64,000 nt of DNA from Felis catus (lineage: Eukaryota). Each line of letters starts with the position of its first letter. Position 1 is the stretch's first letter. The stretch spans positions 139,502,001 through 139,566,000 of the forward strand of contig NC_058368.1 of NCBI RefSeq assembly GCF_018350175.1, given 5' to 3'. Positions 24,852 to 37,785 of this stretch are shown one piece after another. Both the position numbers and the translations under genes were made by a program. The notes below the pieces were generated by a model, which was not told where the DNA came from, ran no database searches, and saw only the letters and a program-made list of their open reading frames with translations.

Positions 24852-25962
24852 TGTCTCTCTGTCCCTCCCCTGCTCACACTCTGTCTCTCTTTCTCAAAAA
24901 TAAATAAACGTTAAAAAAAAAAAAACTTAAAAAAACTGTAAAATGTGGGAGCACACAAAGGCAGGCTTACACAGGATTAGATGTTGGTTCAGTACCTACA
25001 TGTGTTTTTTTAGTGGTCACTATAGTTGATTCACTCTTATAGGGGTTTACTAACCACAAGTCCTGTAGGTATGTCCTTTCTTCATGCAGAATTTAAGATA
25101 GAAGCTCAAATTTAAATTTAAAAAAATTTTTTTGTTTATTTATTTTTGAGAGAGAGTGAGAGACAGAGAGCCCATTTGAGTGGGGGAGGGGTAGAGAGAG
25201 AGGGAGAGACAGAATCCCAAGCAGGCTCTATACAGTCAGCACAGAGCCAGATGTGGGGCTCGAACTCATGAACTGAGAGTCATGATCTGAGCCAAAATCA
25301 AGAGTCAGATGCTTAACCGACTGAACCACCGAGGTGCCCCAGAAGCTCATCTTTAAAATAGCATAAAATAGATATGAAAATACTTCAAAAAGTTAAAAGT
25401 ACCATGAAATTTAAGATAATAATCTAATAGATATTTTGTGAAATATTTTGTGATGAAAACTTTTCGAGAATAACTAATAGCTTCGATTATTCTGTTAAAT
25501 GACAAAAAGGTGTATTATCTTATTGAAGTCCACTAAATGGGCAGAGGAACCTGAGAAACCCAATAGGTAAGAAGCTGTGACTGGTTCTGAGAGTAGAACT
25601 TAGGGACTGATCAGTGTGCACCACCAATATGTGTTCGAGAAAACAGTGTCTCTTGCAAGCCCAATAGGAGGTATGCTCAAGAAAGAATCAGGCTATTTAT
25701 GTCCCGTCAAAAGGGTAATCTGGAAAGCGAACAGTCCTCAGAGAAGTTGGAAGTGGACTTCTGCATTCTGAATTCTAAGGAGAGAAAAAGCGTCATCAAA
25801 TAGGATATAGACTCCCAGATCGAAGGAACTGCAAGAGAGGGATCACCAGTGGTGGGCAGGTCTCCAAAAACATTACAAAATCACTTATGATAGTGTCAGC
25901 TTTAAATAAATACTGGCGCCAGAAGAGTGAAAAGCTGCCTTAGAACAAGATCCACTCAATGC

Positions 25963-26302
25963 GATGCTGGTAAATGTTTAACAACCTGCCCTCTAGCGGG
26001 GAGTGGTAGAATTGGCAGGTTTTTGTGGTGTAAATACTCCAAAAGGTATTCCTCGCATTATTTCTTCTTTCCTCGTTTTCCTCCTCCACTTAGTTAACCA
26101 TAGACTCTGGCCCCGTGGTAAAATTTAACAGAATAATGAGGAAGTGATGAGTCTTTGGTGTTTATTGCCTTTATTTTTAAGCTGTTTTATTCAATTAGAA
26201 GTTTATATACTTTAATTTTTGATAGTGACTATATTTAATAACTTACAAATTCCTGAAAATTTAACAATTAGCTCTTGCAAACTAGTAGAAGCTGCCTCCA
26301 GT
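25963..26302. mobile_element. MER63-like hAT DNA transposon remnant
   Basis: gctggtaaatgtttaacaacc ... ttcctgaaaatttaacaattagctcttgc...gctgcctccag. Confidence 0.55.
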
Positions 26303-27754
26303 CCTTCTTTGACTCCACCCTAGTGGAGTCATCCCTGTCTTGCCCACACTCCAGGGCCAGAGGGGCCAGATCTTACAGTTAGCTGAGGGGCGAGCTAGGA
26401 AAGAAAGAATCATCCCTGGAATAGGTTTTGGAAGTCTCAATTCTCGGAAAGTCCTGCTTGGGGGAAGTGAATTAGTCCTTCATTCAACAATGTAGATATT
26501 TTAGTAGGAAGACCATGTAAAAGCTGGAGGATGGAAGGGAGGCAGGCAAGAAAGAAAACAGAAAGTTAAATGATTGTTGAAGGAGAACGGTGACAAAACA
26601 AAACGATGACCACTCTACTAGGGCTGATGTTAATTGTGGCTGCATCTCCTGGGCGTAAGTTTCCTCAGTCAGTGCTTGCCAACACTGGTTGACTACTACT
26701 TTTTTAATGATGTAATTGGCTTGGAAAATGATGAACTAGATGTCAACTTTCACTGCCACACAGAAGTCATGGTACTTTTCTCTGTTAGGACACACTCCCA
26801 ACTGAAAAGCCGATTCCAGCTTTATGGCATTCTGTGCCTGTGCATTCAGTCTTTCTACCTGGACTGTCCTTTCTCCCTTTGCTTTGTCTGGAAAGCTGCT
26901 TAATCTTCCTTCGTCTCATTTAATGCTTTCCTCTGCTGAGCCACCCCCCTTCTTTTGTAATTGTCTACAGTGTGTTATTTTAAACTAACGGACACACATT
27001 CACATTTTTTCATAATACAGATGATAGGAGAAGAAACCCACACTCTATAGTCTAATTATGCTTTATCTGTCTTTAACTCTGACGTATCAGGGAACAAGCC
27101 ATGACTGTTTTAATAAATGGAAGCACCAGGTCAATTAAACAAAGAAAGGGTAACCTTTTTAACACAAGGTGCTAGAGCAACTGGATATTCATACGGGAGA
27201 AAATAATCACACTTGTCCCCTACATCATTACATACACAAAAAAATAATTTGGGATAATCATAGAACAAGTGTCCTATAATCTGGTGATTCTACTTCTAGA
27301 GAAATTTCTGCACATCAGTATCAAGACAAATGTACATTACTCCTAATAACCCAAAATATAAACAAACTCTAAGGGATAATTTAAAAAGAAAATTCAGGGG
27401 GATGCTTGGGTGGCTCAGTCAGTTAAACATCCAACTCTTGATTTCAGCTCGGGTCATGATCTCCCAGTCAAGGGGTCAAGCCCCACGCTTAGCGTGGAGC
27501 CTGCTTGGGGTTTTCTCCCTCCCTCTCTCTCTCTGCTCCTCCCCCACTTGTATGCTCTCTCTCTTTCTCAAAAGAAATAAATAAACATTTTTAAAAAAGA
27601 GAAAATTCAGGGTAGTGATTACGTCTCTGAGGAGGCATATGAATGGTATGGGGAAGAGTTCACAGGAAACGCAAATGAATTGGTAATGCCGTATGTCTTG
27701 AGTTGTGTAGTTCATCACAGGTGTCTATTGTTTCTATGTTTCATAGCTTCCATG

Positions 27755-27787
<33 letters not shown>
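27755..27787. repeat. (GATA)n tetranucleotide repeat
   Basis: Directly visible. Confidence 0.9.
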
Positions 27788-30699
27788 CACACATATATAA
27801 CATAAAACAAAATTATATGTATATATATACATAAAATATAGGTATGCAATATTTTATAATAAAACATAAAAGTTATATGTATATTTTCATGTATAATTAA
27901 ATAAGAATTATAGTGTATATATACTATATATACAATATTTTATAGTTAAACCAGAAAGTATACGGAAAAACAGAAGGGAATGAAACATGCTAAAATGCTA
28001 ACAGATAGTCACCCTGAGTGATAGAGTAATGTAATTATTCTATGTAATTATTTTCCCCATTATAATTTTCTACGTTTTACTAATTGCTTAAATGGTAATA
28101 TAATACGTTTATAATAAGAAAGTAATTTTTTTGATGTCACAATATTACAATGACACAATGCTAATGCACAAATTTCAACAATGCCAACTTTGCCTTTAAA
28201 TACTCAGTCCTCCTTAGTCAGGCCTATCTTTTGAGGATATACTTCCCGTTTCTGTGTTTAGGCTTCTATCCTTACTATTTCTGACAGCTCTGTGGTTCCT
28301 TTGAGCTCTAATTCAGTAACTCTGAAGACTTGGATGAAAATGAAGATTGCTTCTTCCACAGCCCTTTAGCAACATCTAGTGGGTATTTAAAGATAGGACA
28401 AGACAAACATTTTCCTACATAAAGAGCAACAGTTTTGATGGCAAATCTGACTTAGCAAAATAAGTCTTAAGTCCTCAAGACGAAATAAGCTCTTCTGTGA
28501 TTAAATAATAGATACATGGGTGTGCATGCAAGCACTTATGATAAAACAGCTGCCATCTCCTTGTCTAGCCTGCTGTGAACTTAACATTTGTTACTGCATT
28601 ATATAATGAGCATTATCATCAATGCATCAATTACACCAGAGACATGTCAAAAAAAAAGGATGAACTTGTGGAGGATGGCATTTATAAGGAATGGAAGTTT
28701 CCAGAAATATAACCAAAGAGTAAGAAGAGTGAATAGGAGGGAAGCAATAGGGAGGAGCACAGGAAAAACAGAAAGAGTAAAGGAAGATCATGGAAGCTGA
28801 AAGGATTACAGAATCAAGATACTTGCAAGGTAGGCATTACTCTCTTAATCAAAAGGTAGGTTTCTCTTAACCCCTTAAGCCTGTTTGAGGTGCTTACTTC
28901 CTCCAAAGAAAGGGTAACCTTTGACTTGCTGCATTACCTCTCCCACCTCACTTTCATTAAAAGTTCTGGACCTAGATGTGTCATGGGTGACCTAGATAGC
29001 TGATGAATGAGGGAAAAGAAACTCCCAACTTCAGTCTTCAGATGTAGATAAAGAAAGCATGGTCGCAACCCCTCTGGTCCTTACCAAAACTTCAGTCCTA
29101 TCAAAAACAGCTCTTGGAGCACCTGGGTGGCTCAGTTGGTTAAGTGTCTGACTTCAGCTCAGGTCATGATCTAATGATTCATGAGTTCAAGCCCCACGTC
29201 GGGCTCTGTGCTGACAGCTCAGAGCCTGAAGCCTGCTTCTGATTCTATGTCTCCCTCTCTCTCTGCCCCTCCCCCACTAGTGCTCTGTCTCTTTCTCTCT
29301 CTCTTTCTCTCTCTCAAAAATAAATAAACATTAAAATTTTTTTAAAAACAAAACAAAACAAAACATCTCTCTCCCTAGAAAGCTGGCTGGTGACATGTTC
29401 CTAAAAATAATTTGCATTTTGATCTTTACAGTAGAAGAGGACAGGGAGGATCCTGTTTGGGATCTCTCTCTCCTCTCTCTCTGCCCCTCCCTCATCTTCA
29501 AAATAAATAAATGAACTTAAATAAAAAGGTACAGGACAAGGATGTCTCTGTGGTGCAGGTAGGAAGAAGTGAGGCGGTGTTATTTTCTGGTGTCCTAACC
29601 CTAGTTTGGGGGTACTATAGATTTAAAATAAATCTTGGGTAAGCTGAACACATTAGGAGCCTTTTAGTTTCAAGCAATAGATCCTGATAACAATGGAAGC
29701 TGAGTTTCTACTTGTTCTGGCTTAGATCTACTTGGAGACACAATAACATATGCCCCTCTATTTGGCCTTTTTAGTGAAGGGTCCTGTGATCATCAAGTGC
29801 CCCAACTCTGGACTAAATAGAGGCTTACTGAACCAATGCAGAAATGCCAAGTAGCTTTTCATACATCAATTAAGAAAAGATGCAGAGAACAATGAGCCAT
29901 TGTATCCTGGGACAAAGAGTGATAAGAGACGTTTTCTCTCCCCCTGTTCCCATGTTAAGACGTCACATGACTGGATGTAATTTTGAATCTTTGAGCAGAG
30001 GATGAAGGTGGATGATGGTATTTTTCTCAAGTCCTTTAATTGCATTCCTGGTGCTTTGTATTAATGCAGCTTGTATGAACTCCCTCAGTTATGACATACA
30101 TGTTAGTTTTTTAGTAAAGCACTGAAAATGTGTAATTTGTTTTCATATGTCAACTAATAAGGTCTAATCACCCAGGAGAAGGGCTCAATAATTTATATTT
30201 TTAGTAAGCATCCCATAAAATTTTATAGGAAACTCTAGACTAAACAGAAAATTGCTGAAGAGAATAAGCAATATATAGTTTTTAGATTTCAACAATCATT
30301 CAGGTCAAAGTGAAGTCAGGTGTTCAAGCTGCCACTGCACCCTTCACTTGTACAGTCTGTGACATTTGTAGGTCAAATTTATTGTATAATGGCTGTAATG
30401 GGGTTATTTGTATTTGTATATTTATCTAGTGCCAGCTGATGATGAAACCCACCTTATCCACGTCGCTCAGCTAAGAACAGCACTAAAATAATTTCAAACA
30501 GGAGCCCTCTGCTAAGTAGTCTGGGGTAAACTGGGTGAATGACACTCCTGCCTCAGTTCAAATCCCTTTTATAAATAAAACAGAGAGTCATCGGGGGTGC
30601 CTCACTACTCTATCTGCCTATGCTGTTGCCTGAAGGATCCTAGGCCATTACTTGACATTGCCTGCCACTGTGTGGTTCCACTCCAGGTTTCTGAGGCCT

Positions 30700-31327
30700 T
30701 CTTGGCGTGCAGGTGTTGACCACACAGATCCCCCAACTACAGAAGGCATGTCTTTGGCCTTCAACACTTCCCCTGCTTACATTTCAGATGTTCCAGAGTA
30801 ACACTGAGGTTAAAGTGGTTGAGCTTTCTTGCCCTGTCCAGGCAGGCCACCCTTCCAGCACCTCCACGTATTTACCAACCTGGAAGTTCTCTGAATCTCA
30901 TCAATGAGGATTTTTATGGAGGCTTCATTACACTGGCATCACTGAGTAAATCATTGGTCATTTGTAGTTGATTCAACCACCAGCCCCTCTCTCCTCTCCT
31001 CCCTGCAGGTCAGGAGAGGGGGCTGAAAGTTCCAACCCTGTAGTCACAAGGTTGGTTCCCATGGTCAATCAGCCCTCATCCTGTTCTCATCTAGGAGATT
31101 TCCAAAAGTCACCTTATTGACATAAACTCAGGCATAGTTGAAGAGGCTTGCTATGAATTACAAAAGACATTTTTACCTTACTCTGGAACTAGTTGAGGAC
31201 AAAAGACCAAATATGACAAAAGATGTTCCCGTTGCTCTAATAATGTAGGAAATTATAAGGATATGGGAAGCTGTGAGATTGGTGGTTAAAGACCAAAATA
31301 TATATTTCTGATTATATCACATTATCA
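30700..31327 (-). mobile_element. MER21-like LTR
   Basis: ttccagcacctccacgt...ggatttttatggaggcttcatta...ggctgaaagttccaaccc...gaccaaaatatatatttctgattatatcacattatca. Confidence 0.7.
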
Positions 31328-31334
31328 TTTCTGT

Positions 31335-31739
31335 CTACCGGGAATGATACAAGTTAATTATCAGAGACAACTCTAGACCTTTACCAGCCCAGAGTCTGCA
31401 CAGGAATCTACATAACAAATTTTACTAGCTAGGTCTTATCTTCCATTGGCTCCCCCAATATCTACCTTCCCACAGTGTGCCATCCTAGAAACTCAAAATT
31501 TTTTTTCTTTTGTCTTATCATTTCTCTAAAACTTTATAGTTCTCTTGTTAAGATGCTATGTAAACTCAAGGTCTAACCACCCTCTGAACTTCCCATCACT
31601 GAGTTCTTCCACATTTATACACAATGTTAATAAACTTCTGTGTGTTTTTCTCTTGATCATCTGTCTTTTAACGGTCTAATTAAGGGCCTCATTAAGAGAG
31701 TAGGAGGGTAGAGGGGGAAATTTTGTTTCCTTCCTTACA
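31335..31739 (+). mobile_element. MER34-like ERV1 LTR (3' part)
   Basis: taataaacttctg...tttctcttg...ctgtctttt...gggtagagg...ttccttaca terminus. Confidence 0.65.
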
Positions 31740-31745
31740 GTATAT

Positions 31746-32160
31746 TGATGATGCAAAGATGAACAAACCTTTCGGAATCTCTAAATGAAAGAAAGACAGT
31801 TTTATTTGAGCCCAAGTTAGGACAACTTTCTAGGAAACACAATCTTCACAGGGAAGAAAGTGCTCTAGAGAATGAACAGTTTTTATAGGTTATATACTTT
31901 TTTACATATTGTAAAATCTCAAAAAATTATAGATTCACTTATAGGTAGGAATCATGAGTTTTAATGTCAAGGAACTCAGGAAGTAGCATCCATATCTCAA
32001 GGACAAGATGGTTTTCCTTTAGGCCACTCGTTTACAAGCTTGGTGGGCCAAATATCAGGCTTTGGTTTAAACAAACTTTACGTATATTCATGCTGACCTA
32101 GAAAAAATTCTAAGATGGCCACTCTTATAGTCAGGCCTTTAGAGAGTTTTTCTCTCATCA
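31746..32160 (-). mobile_element. Possible LTR (family unknown)
   Basis: tgatg...catca inverted termini and tttatt ~55 nt from the left end; no TSD seen. Confidence 0.4.
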
Positions 32161-35100
32161 GAATGAATGTGTAGACTCCTTTAAATGTGAAAATATAATT
32201 TTTACATTCTCCCCTTTCTGCATAAGAAAAATGGAATTCAAATGTGAATTCAAACATCCTGTGAAGATTTGAGAATTAGGCCACCAGCCATACTTACTTT
32301 CCCAGTTCTCAAAGAAAGACAGATTCATTTTTTAGTTGCTGATGATCAGGGTTCTGGGTTTCAGGGACTACCCAGAAAGAGGCAACAATTTGAAAGATAG
32401 AACCTGAGGGAAATGAAAAGAAAAGGGAAGGATTTCCTTAAGTCTAACAAGGAAAAGTAGCAAACTGGGGTAGGATGCTCCAATGGTATAGATATATGGT
32501 TTTGTTTACAAGGGCCACCTGTCATGCCCTTCTTAAGAACAATCTTCATTAAAATCTGTTAAGAGGGTAGATCTTATGTTAGCTGTTCTTGTCAAAAAAA
32601 TAATTAATTAAAATAATAATAATAATAATAAAGAGAACAGAAGGAAACTTAGAGGTGATGGTTATGTTTAATGCATAAGTTGAATGGTTTCATGGGCATA
32701 TAATTATCTTTAAACTCATCACATTGTATGCATTAAATATGTACAGCATCATACATGTTGGTCATACCTCAAAAAAAAAAAAAAAAACAGAGAACAATAA
32801 TCATCATATATGAAGGCATAGGTCCCAAGTCCAATTTAAGGAATTGTTCCAATGGTCTCTGATAACACAGTAAGTAGGCAACCTCTCTGTTTCTGAACCC
32901 TCAACAATGCCCAGGGCATATGGAAGTCCAAGGAAAGGTGTGGGGGGGGGAGGGGGTGTAGCTAGAAACATGGTTGAATGGAAATTTCTTGTATATACGT
33001 ATACTTGTCAGAGAAGAATGAACTGAAAGATCCTGAAACCCACTAGGCTAAGGCAATAATAACAACAACATTTAACAGTAGGATTACTATGACCTGCTCA
33101 AAATTGATCAAAGACTACCACTGAGGTGGTAACTGAAGTATTCATTGATCAATTAAACTGATTAGATTTTCTTTCTTTTACTGCCTTTATATTATGGAGG
33201 GAAAAAATCTCATACACCATATTTGTTGTCATTTTTATCATTAAGAAAATTTTATGACACATGATGTGTAGTTCACTGTTGAAATAATATGGTTGATGGA
33301 GATTAAATGACTAGGATGAAGGTTAATGGAGAGGAGGGATCTGGGTGCTTGGAGTTGACAATATACTCAAAGGAAAGAGGCAAAATAGCTGGGCCATATT
33401 TTCCTCCAGGTTCAACATGAGACACCAGGGTTATCAAGGAGGTGGGAACCCAGAACAAAAGCCTCTTGGGAGGTCAGGGGGGTGCCTGGGTGGCTCAGTT
33501 GGTTACGCATCCAACTTTGGCTCAGGTCATGATCTCACAGTTTGTGAATTCAAGACCCCCATCAGGCTCTCTGCTGTCAGCACAGAGCCTACTTAGGATC
33601 CTCTGTCCCCCAATATCCCTGCCCCTCTCCTACTCACATACACATTCTCTCTTTCTCTGAAAAATAAATAAGCAGGGGGAAAAAAAAGCACTGTCTTGGG
33701 GGAAAAATATCATACATCAGGCTGAAATGTCTCAGGAAAGAGGAGAAAAGACTTCCTCAAATGAACGTGAAACAACAAAAAGTAAGAGAAAGAAAGTCAT
33801 AACACAAATAAGCATGGAGTTGAAACTACTAAGGACCAAGTACTTGCTCCTTTGCTCCAAACTCAAACAAAAATGACCTAAGAAACAAAGAACTAACAGA
33901 GTTCCTGAGATAGATTATCTTTCACCTGAAATCCAAGAGTCAAAGAGAATACTGAGCAGGTCAAAGCTTCAGAGAGTAAAGGGCTGCTTTGGGAGCCCAA
34001 AGGCTCCATTGCTCCTGCTAGAAATGGGTGGCCTCAGGAAGTCACAGGGCAGTGGAAAAGACACAATCATTGTTTACTTCTCAGACCATTGTTTTGCAAA
34101 CTCCAGTTTACAAAATTGTTTTAAACGTAAATGAAGCTCTGATATTACTTGTCGAAGTCTCCTGATGTGTTTTTAGACTTGATTTTAGACTTGAGAGATA
34201 GTTAGCACTACAGTATAAAGTGTGTTATTTAGTAAAGTAATAGACAACAAAAGGAGAAAATTATAACACAAATAATCATGCTGTCAAACAGGGTACTTCC
34301 TGTCCTAGATCTCCAGAGTAAGGTTCTTTGGCATTTATTCAGGTCGATATTTGCCTCTATGGCTGCCTACTCCCACTCTGGTTCTAAGGGAAAAAGTGTG
34401 AAGTGTTGTATTAAACCATGGACTTTACTCCTTTGGGTCTCAGTTTCCTCATCTATAAATTAGGTGTGAAAACGCATCCCTGGCTACCTCACAAAATGGG
34501 TGTGAGAATTAAAAGGAGATAAATTTTACATTGTGACTTGAGGGAGCCCAATTAAAGGTATCCCTGTTTTCCTTAGTCATGTTATGAATAAAGAATAAGA
34601 TGAAATAATCTGTCACATAGAGAACCACAATACCACATTTATTAGTGATAAAGCTAATATTGAAAGAATGGCTTTTATTTGCAAGTAAATAGAATTCCAA
34701 ATATAGAACCCAAGAATTAAAAGGACTTACCCACCCAGGACTGGAATACTACAGCACCCCTCCATGTTCCCCCTTCCCCCCTCCCAGTAAACACATGGAG
34801 TGGAGGAAAAGGACAATTTATGGTTCTAGTGGGTGGCTTTCTCCGAAGAGGAAGAACGTATAGTTTAGATGAACATGGCAAGTTTACACTTACCAATCCT
34901 ACCAATCTATTTGCTCATCCCTTTTTTTCTCCTCAGGAAAATCAAAACAAGGGACAGAAAGGACCCGTAGTGTCATACAAATAAAGATATCTTTATATGG
35001 AAGGGCACATCAGGAACAGAAAAAAAGCATTTCCTTCACCATCTCAACCAATTGATCTTATCATTCCCCCCCCCACACACACACATATTAATTATAAAGG

Positions 35101-35545
35101 TGTTAGAATATGGAATAAAAACACGAAGGAGTATTAAAGAAAAGTGGAAGCCAAAACACAGTAATCTAAATTTCTAATTTTCCCTTATGAGGAAATGGTA
35201 ATTAAGACAGGGTCAACTACCTGGGATTATTCTATTATTTTATTTATTTATTTGGATAGGTTATTATTGGGCATTGTGGAATGAAGGACTCTAAGAAAAG
35301 GGAACTATTTGAATGTTAAAGAGATGTGGCTTCATTTTACACACCAAATTAGTGAAACAGAGCCTCTGTTACAATTGCAAAAACAGCCTCATTATTTGCA
35401 ACTATATTACATAAAGGATGTGTTTGAAATAAAATGACACAGTAAAGTATTTGTCACATCTTAATTATAACCATTATCATTATTGGGCTTGCTTTGTCAT
35501 AATTAGGCATAAATGTGAGTAATTCACATGAGTTCTAGTGATCAC

Positions 35546-36290
35546 TGTCCTAGACTCTAAGTCTAAAGTTCTCTCTTGGCCAGCAAGAGAGCAGATGCAG
35601 GATTAAAAGCGAGAGACGGCTAAGACAAGAGCCCCGAATAAGGGTCCTTGCCCCATTTTTATTAGGATCAGAAGGCTTACAAACATGGTGATGGACGTGC
35701 ACAAAGAGACAATGAAACTGTGAACATCAACTCATGGACTTGAGAGAAATGGGGTCTTGAAGATATTTGGGGTTAGGAGTCTGGGTAAATACAAAACAAA
35801 ATCCTGGCACCAGGTGAGTTGGAAGGTTGTTCACAGCAAACATGAGGCACTACCTCTGTTTGTCTTAGCTAGCCTAGGGGATGACACAGATAGGACATGT
35901 GACCTCAGGGTTAACAAGGCACTTTTTCTTTTGCTAATCAGCTCAGCTCTAGGCAACTTACCCCACAGCCCAGCGCTCTATAGCCCCATTTACCTGTTCA
36001 CCTAATTTGGTCCTTTCTTCCTGTGAAACCAGCTTTCTGCTATAGTACTAAATTGAGGGGGAACTTTGGCCCTGAATACCTAATCTTGTTTACCTCATAT
36101 ACCTTTGTATTGGGGGCCTTGTCTCTCCCTCTCTATTCTGGGAGCCTTTGCCCCTCCCTACTTTATTTTGGGGCCTAATCTTGTTTACCCAAGCTTGGGT
36201 GTGAGCATCCTATGGCTTTGTAATTCTTTATGCCTTGTTAACCTAACCCATTGGTGCAAGCCCAGGGAATTTCTAAGCTTATTCCCCACA
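35546..36290 (-). mobile_element. Intact solo ERV LTR, 745 bp
   Basis: TG...CA termini; perfect 5-bp TSD atcac (35541-35545 / 36291-36295); AATAAA on the minus strand at 35658-35663; internal repeat cctaatcttgtttacc x2. Confidence 0.88.
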
Positions 36291-36495
36291 ATCACTATAT
36301 TTTTATGAGGCTAAATCTGATTTTTAGTTTTATCTCTTCTTACTCTGTCAGTTGTTATCATCTACTGTGGTAACAATGGTTCTTTATTATCATGGAGACA
36401 AAGCAAAGAGCATCATTAACTACTAGAATTCCCTCGACTCAGGTTCTTTACTCCCACAACTGCCTCAGCTTCTGTGCCCTTTCTCCTTTCTCTGC

Positions 36496-36950
36496 TGTGG
36501 GAGGTGAACTTTTAAGAGGCCCTCAAGGATCTCCAACTTCTGGCATTCACATCCTTCTGAATCCCCTCCCCGCGAGTGTGGGCTGGTAACTTGTTCCTAA
36601 TGGATAAAATACCAAGAGGGAAGTCATGTCACTTTCACAATTAGACTTCAATCTTGCCAGCAGGTACCTCTCTTGCTGGCACTTTCCCTTGCCGTCTTGT
36701 GTGCTTATTCTGATAACACCAGTGCCATACTCTGAAATGTTCTATGGAGAAACCCAAAGACAGTGAGCCAAGGGAAGCCTTCAGCCAGCAGCTAAGGAGG
36801 AATCAAGGCCTCAGTCCAACAGTCAGAGAGGAACGAAATCCTGCCAACAACCATGACAGTGAGCTTGAAAGGGATTCTTCCCAGCCAAGCCTTGAAATGC
36901 CTGCACCTTGATTGCAGCACTGTGAATGAATCTGAAGCACAGGTCACAAT
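36496..36950 (+). mobile_element. MaLR LTR fragment (MLT1E/F-like)
   Basis: tgtgggagg...gagtgtgggctgg...cagccagcagctaaggagg...aatcctgccaacaacc. Confidence 0.6.
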
Positions 36951-37242
36951 GTGGCACTGGCTTCCTCAGAGTAGCTAACATCTGCCCTGCCTACCTCACC
37001 TAAGACACTATTTGCAAAAGCACTTATGTTAATTTCCAAAGAGGTGTATAAATTATATGAAACCAGGCAAAGATGCAATCATCTGTCCTGGAGAAATACA
37101 GACAAGGTGTAAACAGCCTAAACGAGAACTCAGCTTAGAGTTAATGAATCTGTGAACAAAGGAAAGTTGTGCAACTCTAACGAATCCAGTGGCATATACC
37201 ATCTGTAAATACAGGGTCATATTTAAAGAAGCCCTCTGAAGT

Positions 37243-37785
37243 TGTAATGCCCCCAATTTCGAATCCGAGAGACCACCAAGGAGCCGATACCGATGCAAAC
37301 GCACGAGGGTTTATTTACAAGCTGGAGCTTGGGCCCAAGTATACCCGACACAGCGGAGCAGGGACTTGGACCCCTAGGTTAAAAGGCGTAGCAGTTTTAT
37401 AGGGGCCAGTGGCCAATGAGATTGTAACACACACAGAAAGTTCCACATTCATGTCAGTCCACACGCAGGTGGCCAATTGAATTACAATTTACCCTATAGT
37501 AACTGTTTGAACTAGCCTATCACTCTGGTCAGAATTGGCGCACAAGTTTGGCGGGCAAAAGACAGGGTTTACATTCTTTGGCGGTTAGGGGTTCCGCATT
37601 CCTATATGAGCCGGTTTCCAGTAAGGGTGTGCTCAGCAGCTTGACTAGGGTGGGGGAGTGTCTTAAGCAATAAGTAGGTCATGTGGGGGTTATACATGAG
37701 ATGGTAGGTGTAGCACAAAATGGAGTTAGTCTTGATCTGCTTGTCCAGGGATAGGGTATTTTTGTTAAATTCCTTGGGTCCCACA
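37243..37785 (-). mobile_element. Intact young gammaretrovirus-type (ERV1) solo LTR, 543 bp
   Basis: TG...CA termini; 4-bp TSD aagt (37239-37242 / 37786-37789). On the minus strand: TATAAAA (37395-37401) and AATAAA (37310-37315); CCAAT at 37413-37417; many retained CpGs. Confidence 0.92.

Larger units (their letters stand above)
21327..29525. mobile_element. Can-SINEs: - at ~21327, 25110; + at ~22177, 23447, 24673, 27397, 29116 and a truncated copy at ~29450
   Basis: SINE bodies; TSDs such as aataataattggta, aagaaaaagtcct and gaaaattcaggg. Confidence 0.85.
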
